In this document: piece after piece, positions 9,818 through 19,220 of the stretch
Position numbering within the stretch: position 1 is the stretch's first letter
Layout of the letters: each line of letters begins with the position of its first letter
Source of the DNA: an uncultured Pseudomonadales bacterium
GTDB lineage: Bacteria > Patescibacteriota > Microgenomatia > UBA1400 > PJMF01
Assembly: GCA_964620965.1 (NCBI GenBank)
Contig: CAZUHV010000002.1
Location: 184,798 to 248,797 of the forward strand
Length of the DNA stretch: 64,000 bases
Reading direction: 5' to 3'
The notes under the pieces: model-generated
Database searches by the model: none
Told to the model about the DNA's origin: nothing
Seen by the model: only the letters and a program-made list of their open reading frames with translations
Program-made: the position numbers and the translations under genes

Positions 9818-10090
9818 ATGAAAATCACAAAATACAACGCAACCGATTATCTAAAAACAGAAGCAGACATCAAAGAATATCTCAACGCTTCCTTTGAAAC
9901 AGGAGATAGTAAACTTATCGCTAGAGCACTTGGTGATGTTGCAAAAATAAAAGGTATGACTAAAATTGCCAAAGCTACAAAACTTGATAGAAGTAGCTTG
10001 TATAACTCTCTTACCACTGAAGGTGATCCCAAACTAAGCACTCTAACCAAACTGATTGAGAGCTTCGGTTATACTTTTTCAATTAAGTAA
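9818..10090 (+). CDS. type II antitoxin, HTH addiction-module antidote protein (COG3636-like)
   Basis: DYLKTEADIKEYLNASFETGDSKLIARALGDVAKIKGMTKIAKATKLDRSSLYNSLTTEGDPKLSTLTKLIESFGY. Lies 22 nt after the toxin with its own RBS. Confidence 0.8.
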   Translation: MKITKYNATDYLKTEADIKEYLNASFETGDSKLIARALGDVAKIKGMTKIAKATKLDRSSLYNSLTTEGDPKLSTLTKLIESFGYTFSIK

Positions 10091-10100
10091 GTTAATTTCA

Positions 10101-10146
10101 CTTAGTCTTAACCTAATCAAACCCACCCGCACCACATCATCAAAGG
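10101..10146. repeat. right direct repeat flanking the toxin-antitoxin cassette
   Basis: agtcttaacctaatcaaacccacccGCACCACATCATCAAAgg. Confidence 0.7.
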
Positions 10147-10254
10147 CTGATAGAATACGATCAATTGACCGAGTTACAACTAAACTTGTATTTCTGGGTA
10201 TTGGACCCCAATATATACTTCCCAAAAAAAATTTCTTCTGAGTATAATAGTTCG

Positions 10255-11733
10255 ATGACCTTAGATTCCTCTACATTTATATTGTTTTACTTCATAGTAC
10301 TCCTGTTTTATTGGAGCGTTTTTTCTCGTTGGAAAAAAATATTTCTTTTAGCAATAAGTTTATTTTTTTATTTTTCTCTCAGTCCAAAATTTGGCTTAAC
10401 TATCTTTTGGTCTGCAGGAGTTACATATATATTCAGTTTACTTTTTGATGCATTTAAAAAGAAAAAAAATAATTTACAATTCAAAATAATTTTTTTAGGT
10501 ATAATCATTATTTTAGGAACTCTTGTCTTTTTTAAATACCTAAACTATTGGGATGAACTACTAAAAAATATATTACCTCAAATAAAATTTAGCAGTTATG
10601 TTCTCCCCATTGGGATTTCATTCTATACCTTTCAACTTATTGGATATCTTATAGACATCATCAAAAAAAAATACCCAATAGAAAAAAATCCAATCAACTT
10701 TTTACTCTTCATACTGTTCTTCCCAAAACTGCTCGCCGGACCAATTGAAAGGGGGAATACCTTACTTTTCCAAATTCAAAAAAAACAAAGATGGAATACC
10801 ATAAAATTTATTAGTGGACTCAAATTGTTTGTGTTAGGTTTGTTTAAGAAAAAAGTGCTTGCAGATAACCTTGCTATTATTGTCAACAGAATGTTTGACC
10901 ATCTTCCAGAATATAAAGGTCTCAGTCTAATCCTCCTTATGTTCATGTACTCTTGGCAAATATACACAGATTTTAGCGGGTATACTGACATGGCCAGAGG
11001 AATTGCTCGTACATTTGGGTTTGAACTATTAGAAAATTTTAACGCTCCGTATATCTCAAAATCTATTCGAGATTTTTGGAGAAAGTGGCATATTTCTTTA
11101 TCAAGTTGGCTACGTGACTATCTCTATTTCCCATTGGGCGGGAGCAGAAAAGGATTATTGTTTACTATATTAAACACAGTAATTGTTTTTATAATTTGTG
11201 GAATTTGGCATGGAGCAACTCTCAATTTTGTTATTTGGGGAGCAACGCATGGACTAATAATTGCATTTGAAAGAGTATTAATTGTCTTTTTTACACCAAA
11301 AAAATTTTACAAAATATTTTTAGAATCTGTCGAAAAAAACTCTCTTTTAAAAACAATGAGCTCTTTCATACAGATAAGTTACTCATTTGGTATCGTAACA
11401 GCAACTTGGGTTATTTTTAGAGCAACGACTTTATCTGATGCACTATATATTTACAAAAATGCATTTGTTGGACTCAAAAACTTTATCAATCCTACATATG
11501 TTAAAGCAACAATTGAACTGGTATTCCAGCATAACACTTTTGAAATTATAATTACAACTTTACTGATTTCTTCTGCAATCATCTTAGAAATACTCAGCTC
11601 AAAACAACAATTCAATGTATACCTTCAAAAAATGCCAACTACCTTAAGGTATAGTATTTATATATTTGTTATCGTAGCAATTTTATTATTTAGACAGCCT
11701 GAAACTGCTAACTTTATTTATGTCACCTTTTAA
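10255..11733 (+). CDS. MBOAT-family membrane O-acyltransferase (DltB/AlgI-like)
   Basis: Classic motif FWRKWHISLSSWLRDYLYFPLGGSRKG. N-terminus MTLDSSTFILFYFIVLL is typical of MBOAT. The track start at 10165 was trimmed to the ATG at 10255. Confidence 0.85.
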   Translation: MTLDSSTFILFYFIVLLFYWSVFSRWKKIFLLAISLFFYFSLSPKFGLTIFWSAGVTYIFSLLFDAFKKKKNNLQFKIIFLGIIIILGTLVFFKYLNYWDELLKNILPQIKFSSYVLPIGISFYTFQLIGYLIDIIKKKYPIEKNPINFLLFILFFPKLLAGPIERGNTLLFQIQKKQRWNTIKFISGLKLFVLGLFKKKVLADNLAIIVNRMFDHLPEYKGLSLILLMFMYSWQIYTDFSGYTDMARGIARTFGFELLENFNAPYISKSIRDFWRKWHISLSSWLRDYLYFPLGGSRKGLLFTILNTVIVFIICGIWHGATLNFVIWGATHGLIIAFERVLIVFFTPKKFYKIFLESVEKNSLLKTMSSFIQISYSFGIVTATWVIFRATTLSDALYIYKNAFVGLKNFINPTYVKATIELVFQHNTFEIIITTLLISSAIILEILSSKQQFNVYLQKMPTTLRYSIYIFVIVAILLFRQPETANFIYVTF

Positions 11734-12871
11734 AAAATCAACACTCATACTTGTCTTTAAAGCTTTAGTGATCATTTTTGTTTCTTTAGTTTTTACCTTA
11801 TTTATCGAACTGTATTACTTGAAATACTCAAACAACACCTATGAAACTTCTCAAAATATTTTCCCCAAAAAAGCAATCGAACAAAAATATGAAATTGTGG
11901 CATTAGGAAACTCACATACAGAGAATGGAATCACGTTCGAAAAATATAATTTGAAAGGACTCAACTTAGGATCTGTTGCGCAAAGATTTAACTATGACCT
12001 AGCAATGTTAAAGCATCACAAAAATGAAATTGCGCCAAATGCAATTATCCTTATTAATGCTTCTCCTATTTCTTTTTCACATTCAAAAGACTTTGAACAA
12101 AAAAGTTTTCAAAAAATATACTACAAAAAAATGAGCCCTCTTTTTATTCCAAATTTAGTAGTTGGAGAATACATTGAAGCGGTACTTGTACCTTTTACAA
12201 ATTCTGGATATCACTGGAGAAAATGGATTCAAGATCAAATAACAGAACAAAAATCTTTGGAAGAGTTCAACCAATTTCAAGAGCTTAGCCAAAAAAATGA
12301 ACCTCAAAAAGTCGCAGAAGAAAAGCCAGAGATTCCAAAAGTAACAACAAACAATCAAGTAAAAGAACTTGAGATAGACCCAGAAACACTTTCACCATTC
12401 TATATTCCACTCATAGAAGAAAAACTTGCCTCACCATCAGCAAAACCTGAAGATCTTGCCGGAAGCGTAAATTTTATGAAAAATAAATGGCTGCATACAA
12501 ATGAATTCAGCCAAGAATATTTCGAAGAAAATATACAAGACTTAGAAAACATAATCACATACTCTTTAAAAAACAACTGGCGCCCGATAATTATTACAAT
12601 TCCAATATCCGAAGAACTGCAAAAATCTTTAACAAGTGAGTACATGCAAACCTATTTATATAATAATATTAATAAAACAAATCTTCAGGGAGTAGAGTAC
12701 TTAGACTTCACACAAAATACTGCACTCACAAGAAGAACATTTTGGTTTTCAAATTCTGACCACTTCAATAAGGAAGGGTCTGCTGCATTTAGCTATGTAT
12801 TATTAAAAACATTAATTGAAAAAAAATATTTACCAGAAAATACTAACAATTATATTCAAGAAAAAAAATAA
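11720..12871 (+). CDS. MBOAT-associated membrane-anchored protein (DltD/AlgJ-like partner, putative)
   Basis: Overlaps the MBOAT stop by 14 nt, suggesting translational coupling. Has an N-terminal TM anchor and a soluble domain of about 350 aa, like DltD. No catalytic motif was verified. Confidence 0.35.
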   Translation: MSPFKKSTLILVFKALVIIFVSLVFTLFIELYYLKYSNNTYETSQNIFPKKAIEQKYEIVALGNSHTENGITFEKYNLKGLNLGSVAQRFNYDLAMLKHHKNEIAPNAIILINASPISFSHSKDFEQKSFQKIYYKKMSPLFIPNLVVGEYIEAVLVPFTNSGYHWRKWIQDQITEQKSLEEFNQFQELSQKNEPQKVAEEKPEIPKVTTNNQVKELEIDPETLSPFYIPLIEEKLASPSAKPEDLAGSVNFMKNKWLHTNEFSQEYFEENIQDLENIITYSLKNNWRPIIITIPISEELQKSLTSEYMQTYLYNNINKTNLQGVEYLDFTQNTALTRRTFWFSNSDHFNKEGSAAFSYVLLKTLIEKKYLPENTNNYIQEKK

Positions 12872-12873
12872 AA

Positions 12874-13464
12874 TTACTTTAAAAACCAAGATGGTTCTAA
12901 AACAATCCTGTGACCCTTAAAGTCACCTCCAGCTCCTTCTGATAGTAAACCCAAGACTTGTTCCTGCGTATTAATTCCTGGACTCCCACTCATTCCAAGT
13001 TGAAAGTAGTTATCAAAATCTTCGGGAACTAATTTTCTACGCAGTTTTTTTGATTGCTGTAAACCCATTTTAGGAATAGCTTCCACTACAATTCTTTTTT
13101 TAGTATCAAAACCTATTACAACTGCTTGTATTTCAAAATAATTTCGTTGAGACCCGTGATGCCCACATACAACAATTACTTCTCCTTTTCTTGGCACACG
13201 ATGTTGAGAAAAACCTTTTTCTAAAGGCATTGTGTTTGTAGAAATTGCAAGGTCACGACCAGGAATTCTTCTAAACCAAAAATCACCAACCGCACCAGAA
13301 GGATGCATTATTTTAGGTCCACTATCTGCGACATGACCAGCAGTTGCGACTAGATAGTTCCACAGAATGGCATTCGCATAATGCCCTTCTGCATTTTGAA
13401 AATCTGCAATGAGTAAGTGTTCTGGCCTTAGTTTTTCACCACCGGGCCCAGCTGAAAGCTTCAT
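12874..13464 (-). CDS. trypsin-like serine peptidase domain protein (S1 family-like)
   Basis: VATAGHV (catalytic His context) and GMSGSPGIN (GDSGGP-like Ser motif). GC content is above background. Confidence 0.45.
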   Translation of the reverse strand: MKLSAGPGGEKLRPEHLLIADFQNAEGHYANAILWNYLVATAGHVADSGPKIMHPSGAVGDFWFRRIPGRDLAISTNTMPLEKGFSQHRVPRKGEVIVVCGHHGSQRNYFEIQAVVIGFDTKKRIVVEAIPKMGLQQSKKLRRKLVPEDFDNYFQLGMSGSPGINTQEQVLGLLSEGAGGDFKGHRIVLEPSWFLK

Positions 13465-13538
13465 TAAAAATAGATCGTATCAAATACTAAAACTATTTAC
13501 AATAGCATTAATTCGAAAAAATTAAATTTTACTAAAAC

Positions 13539-14792
13539 TTAATTCAACAGATATGTGGCAAGACCTAAAAAGGCTAAAAATCCGAATACGTCTGTTGCTG
13601 TTGTAATAAAAATAGTTGCAGAAGAAGCTGGATCTTTTCCAAGTTTTTTCATAATCACAGGAACAATTGTTCCAAAAAGAGCTGCACTAAATAAGTTAAA
13701 TACCATAGCTAAGGCCAATACAACACCAACTGCTAAATCTCGGTTCAATAGATATACTACTGCAATCACAATTACACCATTGATAGTTCCATTAATAATT
13801 CCAGAAGCAAGTTCGCTTTTCAAGGTTTTTCTAAAGGTAAAAGCATCAATTTTATTTTGAGTTAGACCTCTTACCATAACAGCTAATGTTTGCGTACCGG
13901 CATTCCCCCCCATACCAGCGACAATCGGCATATATACCGCAAGCAAAACATGCTTTGAAATAGTTTCATCAAACATTCCAACAACAAATGCAGCCAAAAA
14001 AGAAGTTGCTAGGTTAATAATTAACCACTTATACCTAAAATTAACTTTTCTTTTTACAGAATCATAAACAGATTCTTCATTACTAACACCGGCGAAATCA
14101 TAGAGCGTTGAACCTTCTGCAGATTCTATTAAACGGATAATATCATCCGTATAAATTATACCCAAAACCTGTTTTTTTTCTCCCACGACAACTACTTTAT
14201 TATGAGGATTATTTTTAAAATGAGTAATAACCTCGTTATAGCTTGCATCAAATCGTATTGATCTAACTTTCTTAGAGTATTCTTCAACTAAATCACTTGG
14301 TTTAGCAAATCCCAGTTGAAACCCTTTTAACTGCCCATATAACTTTCCATCTTTAACAACTAAAATTGTAGGTAATTTTCCTGTTCTTCTCTCATGGTTC
14401 TTAGCAGCTTCAGCAACTTCAGAGATTTTAGCTTTGATATCTACTTGAATATAGTTAATACTCATCACACCTGCTGCAGTCTCTGGGTCAAAATGAAGCA
14501 AAACTGAAACACTGTTTTTTAGGTATTCATTTAATTTTTCAATAATTCTATTTTCTCTTCTTTTGCCTAAAATCTGGATTAGGTCTGTTGCTTCATCAGG
14601 ATCTAAATGTTCAAGAACAGTCACTACTTGATCATCAGTTAATTTTTTTAGTAATTGATATTGAACATGCCTTGTAAGTTTTAACACCACTCTTGCTTGA
14701 TCATTTGGATTTAGTTCAAGAAAAATTTGATCTCTTTTTTTATGATCGTAAGACAATATTCGTAGTAATTTATTAAGTTCTTTTGTTTTCAT
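13539..14792 (-). CDS. mgtE: magnesium transporter MgtE (N-domain + CBS pair + TM domain)
   Basis: MgtE_N-like N-terminus, CBS region, and C-terminal TM domain ...GNAGTQTLAVMVRGL... characteristic of MgtE. Confidence 0.85.
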   Translation of the reverse strand: MKTKELNKLLRILSYDHKKRDQIFLELNPNDQARVVLKLTRHVQYQLLKKLTDDQVVTVLEHLDPDEATDLIQILGKRRENRIIEKLNEYLKNSVSVLLHFDPETAAGVMSINYIQVDIKAKISEVAEAAKNHERRTGKLPTILVVKDGKLYGQLKGFQLGFAKPSDLVEEYSKKVRSIRFDASYNEVITHFKNNPHNKVVVVGEKKQVLGIIYTDDIIRLIESAEGSTLYDFAGVSNEESVYDSVKRKVNFRYKWLIINLATSFLAAFVVGMFDETISKHVLLAVYMPIVAGMGGNAGTQTLAVMVRGLTQNKIDAFTFRKTLKSELASGIINGTINGVIVIAVVYLLNRDLAVGVVLALAMVFNLFSAALFGTIVPVIMKKLGKDPASSATIFITTATDVFGFLAFLGLATYLLN

Positions 14793-14812
14793 TATTTATA
14801 GTGTATCTCATT

Positions 14813-15820
14813 TTAAAAAAGTACTGAAGCTATCAAAAAATAAATAGAGATACTAGTTAAATCCTGTAAAATCGTTGCAAATGGGCCACTCCCCGTTGCT
14901 GGATCTCTCTTAAATTTAGAGAACAAATAAGGAATTAGAATAGCAATACATGTTGAAAGAGAAACTGCTGTGAAAGCAGATAAGCCAATCACAAATCCAA
15001 TATAACTAGATTGCCAAAACAGTGTGACTAATGCCCAAATAAATATTCCACAAATCAAACCTATTAAAGAAGCTGTGACAAATTGTTTCATAAAGTAAGG
15101 AAACATTTTTATTTTTGGTTCAAATGCAATGTCTCTCACAAAAAAAGTTTGTGTCTGAGCTCCAACTGCATTGCCAATATAAACAATCAAAGGAATAAAA
15201 ACTGCTAAAATAATATTCCCAGAAAGTAAAACTTGGAAAAGCTCTATAACTTTTGCAGAAAAAATACCTCCTATCATACCAATTAGAATCCAAGGGAGAC
15301 GAGAGACAAAAGAATGCCAAATTCCCTGTTCCAAAATAGTGTCAAAAATAGAAACTATACCTGCAGTCCTATTCATCTCAGCACGGTGTTCTTTGTGCAA
15401 AATAGAAAGTAATGTATCACTTGTTAAGACCCCTAGAAAATTCTTCTCTTGGTCAAGAACAGGCACAGCTTTTATATTATGCTTAATAGCTAAATGAGCT
15501 ACACGTTTTCTATTAACCTGGACATGGGTTGTCACCAGTTCTTTTACCATTATCTCATCTATAACTTTATGGCTTTCATCTTTGAGGATTTCCTTGATTG
15601 ATGCAACTCCTACCAATTTTTTCTTGTCAGTAACTACATAGACATAGTTAATGCTGTCACATGTTCTTGCATACTCATGTAAGGAATTCTTAATTATTTC
15701 AATTGACTGTCCAGGATGTGCTACTGGTACCTTATCAGTCATATCTTTACCTACAGAATCTTTGGGATAGGTAACTTTTAAAATGGATTGTTCTGTTTTG
15801 TTAATGAGAGATTCATTCAT
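14813..15820 (-). CDS. MgtE-like divalent cation transporter (short form: CBS pair + TM domain)
   Basis: CBS-like segment then TM domain with a GNAVGAQTQTFFVRD motif paralogous to MgtE. Lacks the N-domain. Confidence 0.75.
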   Translation of the reverse strand: MNESLINKTEQSILKVTYPKDSVGKDMTDKVPVAHPGQSIEIIKNSLHEYARTCDSINYVYVVTDKKKLVGVASIKEILKDESHKVIDEIMVKELVTTHVQVNRKRVAHLAIKHNIKAVPVLDQEKNFLGVLTSDTLLSILHKEHRAEMNRTAGIVSIFDTILEQGIWHSFVSRLPWILIGMIGGIFSAKVIELFQVLLSGNIILAVFIPLIVYIGNAVGAQTQTFFVRDIAFEPKIKMFPYFMKQFVTASLIGLICGIFIWALVTLFWQSSYIGFVIGLSAFTAVSLSTCIAILIPYLFSKFKRDPATGSGPFATILQDLTSISIYFLIASVLF

Positions 15821-15877
15821 AGCTCTAGTTTTCTATAACTTTAACCATTATATATGAATACATCGATAAAAGTAAAA

Positions 15878-16924
15878 CTACGAGGTTCTAATTTCGTATA
15901 TAATTGCACCTGGTGGCACTAATCTTGGTCCGTGCAAACCTGAATGGCCTAGTCCGGGACTAATGCTAATAATATTTCCACCACTTACTTTATGAATACC
16001 TTTATAGTATTTAGATTCTTGCAAAGGACCTTTTTTAATTAATCTGTAGTTTCCATCTTTAGTTTTTCTTGCTGTCCAATCGCCGTATATTGCATACCTT
16101 CCTGCAAAGTATCGAGCCGGAGAAATAATGGGGCCAGCAATTTGCCCCCCATGCGTATGCCCATGTAAAAGTAGGCTGTTTGTGAGTACTCCATCTAGAA
16201 CTCCTTCATTCCAAGAGTCATAAATCGAGGTGTGAGTTGCTAAAACAAGAGGCTTAGTTGGATCTCTCTGCATAACCTCCTCCAAAAACTGCTGTGCAAA
16301 TTGAGATGCATACCAACTTTTTTTTCTTGTAGTATAATCGGGCAGAGCCGCCAAAGTAAATGGTAGGTACACAGAATCTAATAAATAAGAATTTTGTTGT
16401 AAATTACCGAGTCTGATAAAATCATAGTCTCCCATTAGTTGTGCAATTTGCAAAGTATCTGGATGACTTACTTCATGGTTTCCTTCTACAGAAAACCTTG
16501 CAAATGCTTGAAGGTTTCCTATGTAACTCAAACTCTCTTCAAGATCTGCTAGAGGGGTAGGTTGATCATTTCCCATATGAGCACTTACAATATCTCCTGT
16601 ATCTATCAATATTGTTTTACTTTCTAAAGCACCAATATTTTTTAAATACTTTGAAAGTTCAGTAATGTACTGCTGCATAACCTCAGGATTTACTAGGTCA
16701 ACTCCGCGAGAGCTTAAGTGGGTATCCGAAAACTGTATCAAAACCGTTTTATCCCATTTTTTATCCAATGTTGGAACATGAATGATATGATGAAAAATTG
16801 AAAGGCTTTTTGCTTTTTCTGAAGCTAGTTTTATCCCTACAGATTCATAGGCAACATATGCCATACTACACAACGCAAGTTTTAAAAATTCCCTTCTTGT
16901 AAATTCTTTTTTCCCAACTCTCAC
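15878..16924 (-). CDS. Tat-secreted metallophosphoesterase
   Basis: TRREFLKLAL twin-arginine motif. GDIV ... GNHE ... HTH ... HGHTHGG phosphoesterase motifs. Confidence 0.75.
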   Translation of the reverse strand: MRVGKKEFTRREFLKLALCSMAYVAYESVGIKLASEKAKSLSIFHHIIHVPTLDKKWDKTVLIQFSDTHLSSRGVDLVNPEVMQQYITELSKYLKNIGALESKTILIDTGDIVSAHMGNDQPTPLADLEESLSYIGNLQAFARFSVEGNHEVSHPDTLQIAQLMGDYDFIRLGNLQQNSYLLDSVYLPFTLAALPDYTTRKKSWYASQFAQQFLEEVMQRDPTKPLVLATHTSIYDSWNEGVLDGVLTNSLLLHGHTHGGQIAGPIISPARYFAGRYAIYGDWTARKTKDGNYRLIKKGPLQESKYYKGIHKVSGGNIISISPGLGHSGLHGPRLVPPGAIIYEIRTS

Positions 16925-16948
16925 AAGGGATGATTATAACAAACAAAA

Positions 16949-17812
16949 TTATTCCTGAGGCAACGCAATACTGTAGTTATTCTCTGACATTATTTTTGGT
17001 TGCATTAATTCTTGAGCTACACAATCCCGAACACAACTAAATAAACTACATTGAATTTTTTCTTCCATCATTGCAGCCATTGCATATTTCTTATTTAATA
17101 AAAAAAGCGCCGTTAGAAAAAATAACACTGCTACAGAAATGAAAGATCTTCGCAGATCCAAAAAATGAGAAATCTTTTTTTTATTCAACCTATCAATCCT
17201 ACTTTCAATAATGCTATATGAAAATTGTGGATAGAATACTAAATCTTCTGTACTAATAATTTTTCTTAAAGATTGTTTTACATATCTATTAGTTTTTTGA
17301 AGTGATGTTGCATAAGAGTCTGCGGCTGTTTCAAATCGAGATTTTATAATAAACTGAACATCTTTAAAAACTGGTAAAAAGAAAAATACATTTGATAAAA
17401 ATTCTGAAATAAATAATACAATAGAGTGGTGAAACTTTGTGTGATACAACTCATGTAACACTACTGCTTCAAGTTCTTTAACACTTAAAAGTGAAATCAG
17501 TTTTTTTGTAAGCACAATCTTCTTATTAAAAAACCCAACAGAGACTGCTTCTAAATTTTGTTGAGAGCTTACTAAAAATAAATTACTATTTAAATCATGA
17601 AATTTTATAATTTTTTTCAATTTATTAGGAATGTAACTAACCGATTTTTTTTGAACAACAAAGATCTTTTTTGTTGTTTTTAAGTAGGAAAAAACAAGCT
17701 TTAACGAAGGTATAATAATAAAAATAAAAATTAAAAAGCTACGTATCAAAGCTGACTCTGATATGTAACTATAAATTGCAATACAACTTGAAAGCGTATT
17801 TTCAACTATCAT
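16949..17812 (-). CDS. BlaR1/MecR1-like M56 peptidase domain membrane protein (no sensor domain)
   Basis: TM helices plus HELYHTKFHH (HEXXH). Lies immediately downstream of a BlaI-like repressor. The start is uncertain (17812 or 17881); either way it overlaps the repressor gene end. Confidence 0.65.
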   Translation of the reverse strand: MIVENTLSSCIAIYSYISESALIRSFLIFIFIIIPSLKLVFSYLKTTKKIFVVQKKSVSYIPNKLKKIIKFHDLNSNLFLVSSQQNLEAVSVGFFNKKIVLTKKLISLLSVKELEAVVLHELYHTKFHHSIVLFISEFLSNVFFFLPVFKDVQFIIKSRFETAADSYATSLQKTNRYVKQSLRKIISTEDLVFYPQFSYSIIESRIDRLNKKKISHFLDLRRSFISVAVLFFLTALFLLNKKYAMAAMMEEKIQCSLFSCVRDCVAQELMQPKIMSENNYSIALPQE

Positions 17813-18176
17813 TATCGAGTTTAGATAAAATCTTTTCTTTCTGTGATTGAGATAGGTGCTTTGTTTCGTCTTCGAAAGCAACTAAGGCTTCTTCTCCAAA
17901 CATATCGACCATTTTAGAGATAGTATTTTTGACCATCTGATGAATAAACTGATCTTTTGTCTCTATCGGTTGGTAAATATATGTTTTTCCCTTTTTCTTT
18001 CTGTTAAGGACGCCTTTTTTTGCTAAACGAGTCATGACTGTCATAATCGTAGTGTACGCAAGTTTTTTTTCGGCACACAGCTCATCTACAACAGAATATA
18101 CTGTCGAATTTTTCTGTTTCCAAACAATATCCATTACTTGATGTTCTAAAGGACCAAGACCTTTTTTCTTATTCAT
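17802..18176 (-). CDS. BlaI/MecI/CopY-family transcriptional repressor
   Basis: LGPLEHQVMDIVWKQKNSTVYSVVDELCAEKKLAYTTIMTVMTRLAKKGVL winged-helix signature. Confidence 0.8.
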   Translation of the reverse strand: MNKKKGLGPLEHQVMDIVWKQKNSTVYSVVDELCAEKKLAYTTIMTVMTRLAKKGVLNRKKKGKTYIYQPIETKDQFIHQMVKNTISKMVDMFGEEALVAFEDETKHLSQSQKEKILSKLDNDS

Positions 18177-18229
18177 ATACTAATGATTGTAGTAACAAAT
18201 TCAATTTGATGCAAGTGGCTTTTTAATTT

Positions 18230-19219
18230 ATGCTTATTACTGTAATGTTACTGCCAACTCTCTTTAGCTTCAGTGTAGGTTTACTTGTAATGCTTGTATC
18301 TTCACAAACATTTCTAAATGTAGTGCAAGAACTTTCTGTTAAATGGAAATTTTCTCCACTTTTTATTTCACTAGTTATTGTAGCGCTTGGAACAAATCTA
18401 CCAGAATTTACTGTTACGATTGCTTCTTTAAGAAATAACGATCCTGGATTGGCAATGGGAAATCTTGTGGGAAGTAGTATCGCAAACTTAAGTATCATAT
18501 TGGGAACAGCTACTTTATTTGGAAAAGTCAGAATTGGTACCACCAAGACACCAAAAAATGCAACAATCTTAGCGCTTATTACAGTACTGTTTTCAATCTT
18601 AGCTCTTTCTTCTGTGAGGCTTTCATACCAAGTTATGCTTCTTCTTGGAGCAACAACTTTTTCTCTTGGATATCAATATGTTTTGGCTAAATATGGAAGA
18701 CTTCATGAAGACAGAAAACTGCTGCAAATTATTGAAAAAGTAAGTAAAAAAAAGAAGTACATGCCTCCAATTGCATATATTTTGCTCTTTGCTGGTAGTT
18801 TGATTGGAATAACTGTTGGTGGTCAAGTTACCGTTAATGCAGTAGAAAACCTATCTGTAATTCTAGGTCTAACTACAACTTTTTTAGGACTCACTTTAAC
18901 GGCTATTGCAACATCTCTGCCAGAATTACTTTTGTCCATTATTGCAACTAGAAAAAATGAAAATAAAGTAGTTTTGGGAACCTTGATTGGAAGCAATATA
19001 TTTAACTTATCACTGTTTCCTGCAATCGTCTTAGCTGCTTCAACGAATATTAGAATTATTAAATTTGTTACAATCAAAGACTTGCTTTTCTTACTGCTAA
19101 CTACAGCTATTTTTTATTCTCTTGTAATAAAAAAACAGGGCACAGTTATAGATAAAAAAATGAGCATATTATTAATGCTCATTTTTCCATTATTCACTTT
19201 ATTTATTTTTTATTTTTAG
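18230..19219 (+). CDS. CaCA-family cation/Ca2+ exchanger (YrbG-like)
   Basis: Two alpha-repeat signatures, GTNLPEF and ATSLPEL, in a roughly 10-TM protein. Confidence 0.85.
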   Translation: MLITVMLLPTLFSFSVGLLVMLVSSQTFLNVVQELSVKWKFSPLFISLVIVALGTNLPEFTVTIASLRNNDPGLAMGNLVGSSIANLSIILGTATLFGKVRIGTTKTPKNATILALITVLFSILALSSVRLSYQVMLLLGATTFSLGYQYVLAKYGRLHEDRKLLQIIEKVSKKKKYMPPIAYILLFAGSLIGITVGGQVTVNAVENLSVILGLTTTFLGLTLTAIATSLPELLLSIIATRKNENKVVLGTLIGSNIFNLSLFPAIVLAASTNIRIIKFVTIKDLLFLLLTTAIFYSLVIKKQGTVIDKKMSILLMLIFPLFTLFIFYF

Positions 19220-19220
19220 A

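Noticed and set aside
10056-10241. 61-aa ORF between antitoxin and MBOAT
   Set aside because: Covers the right direct repeat and the MBOAT leader. No RBS, Leu/Ser-rich. Likely non-coding.
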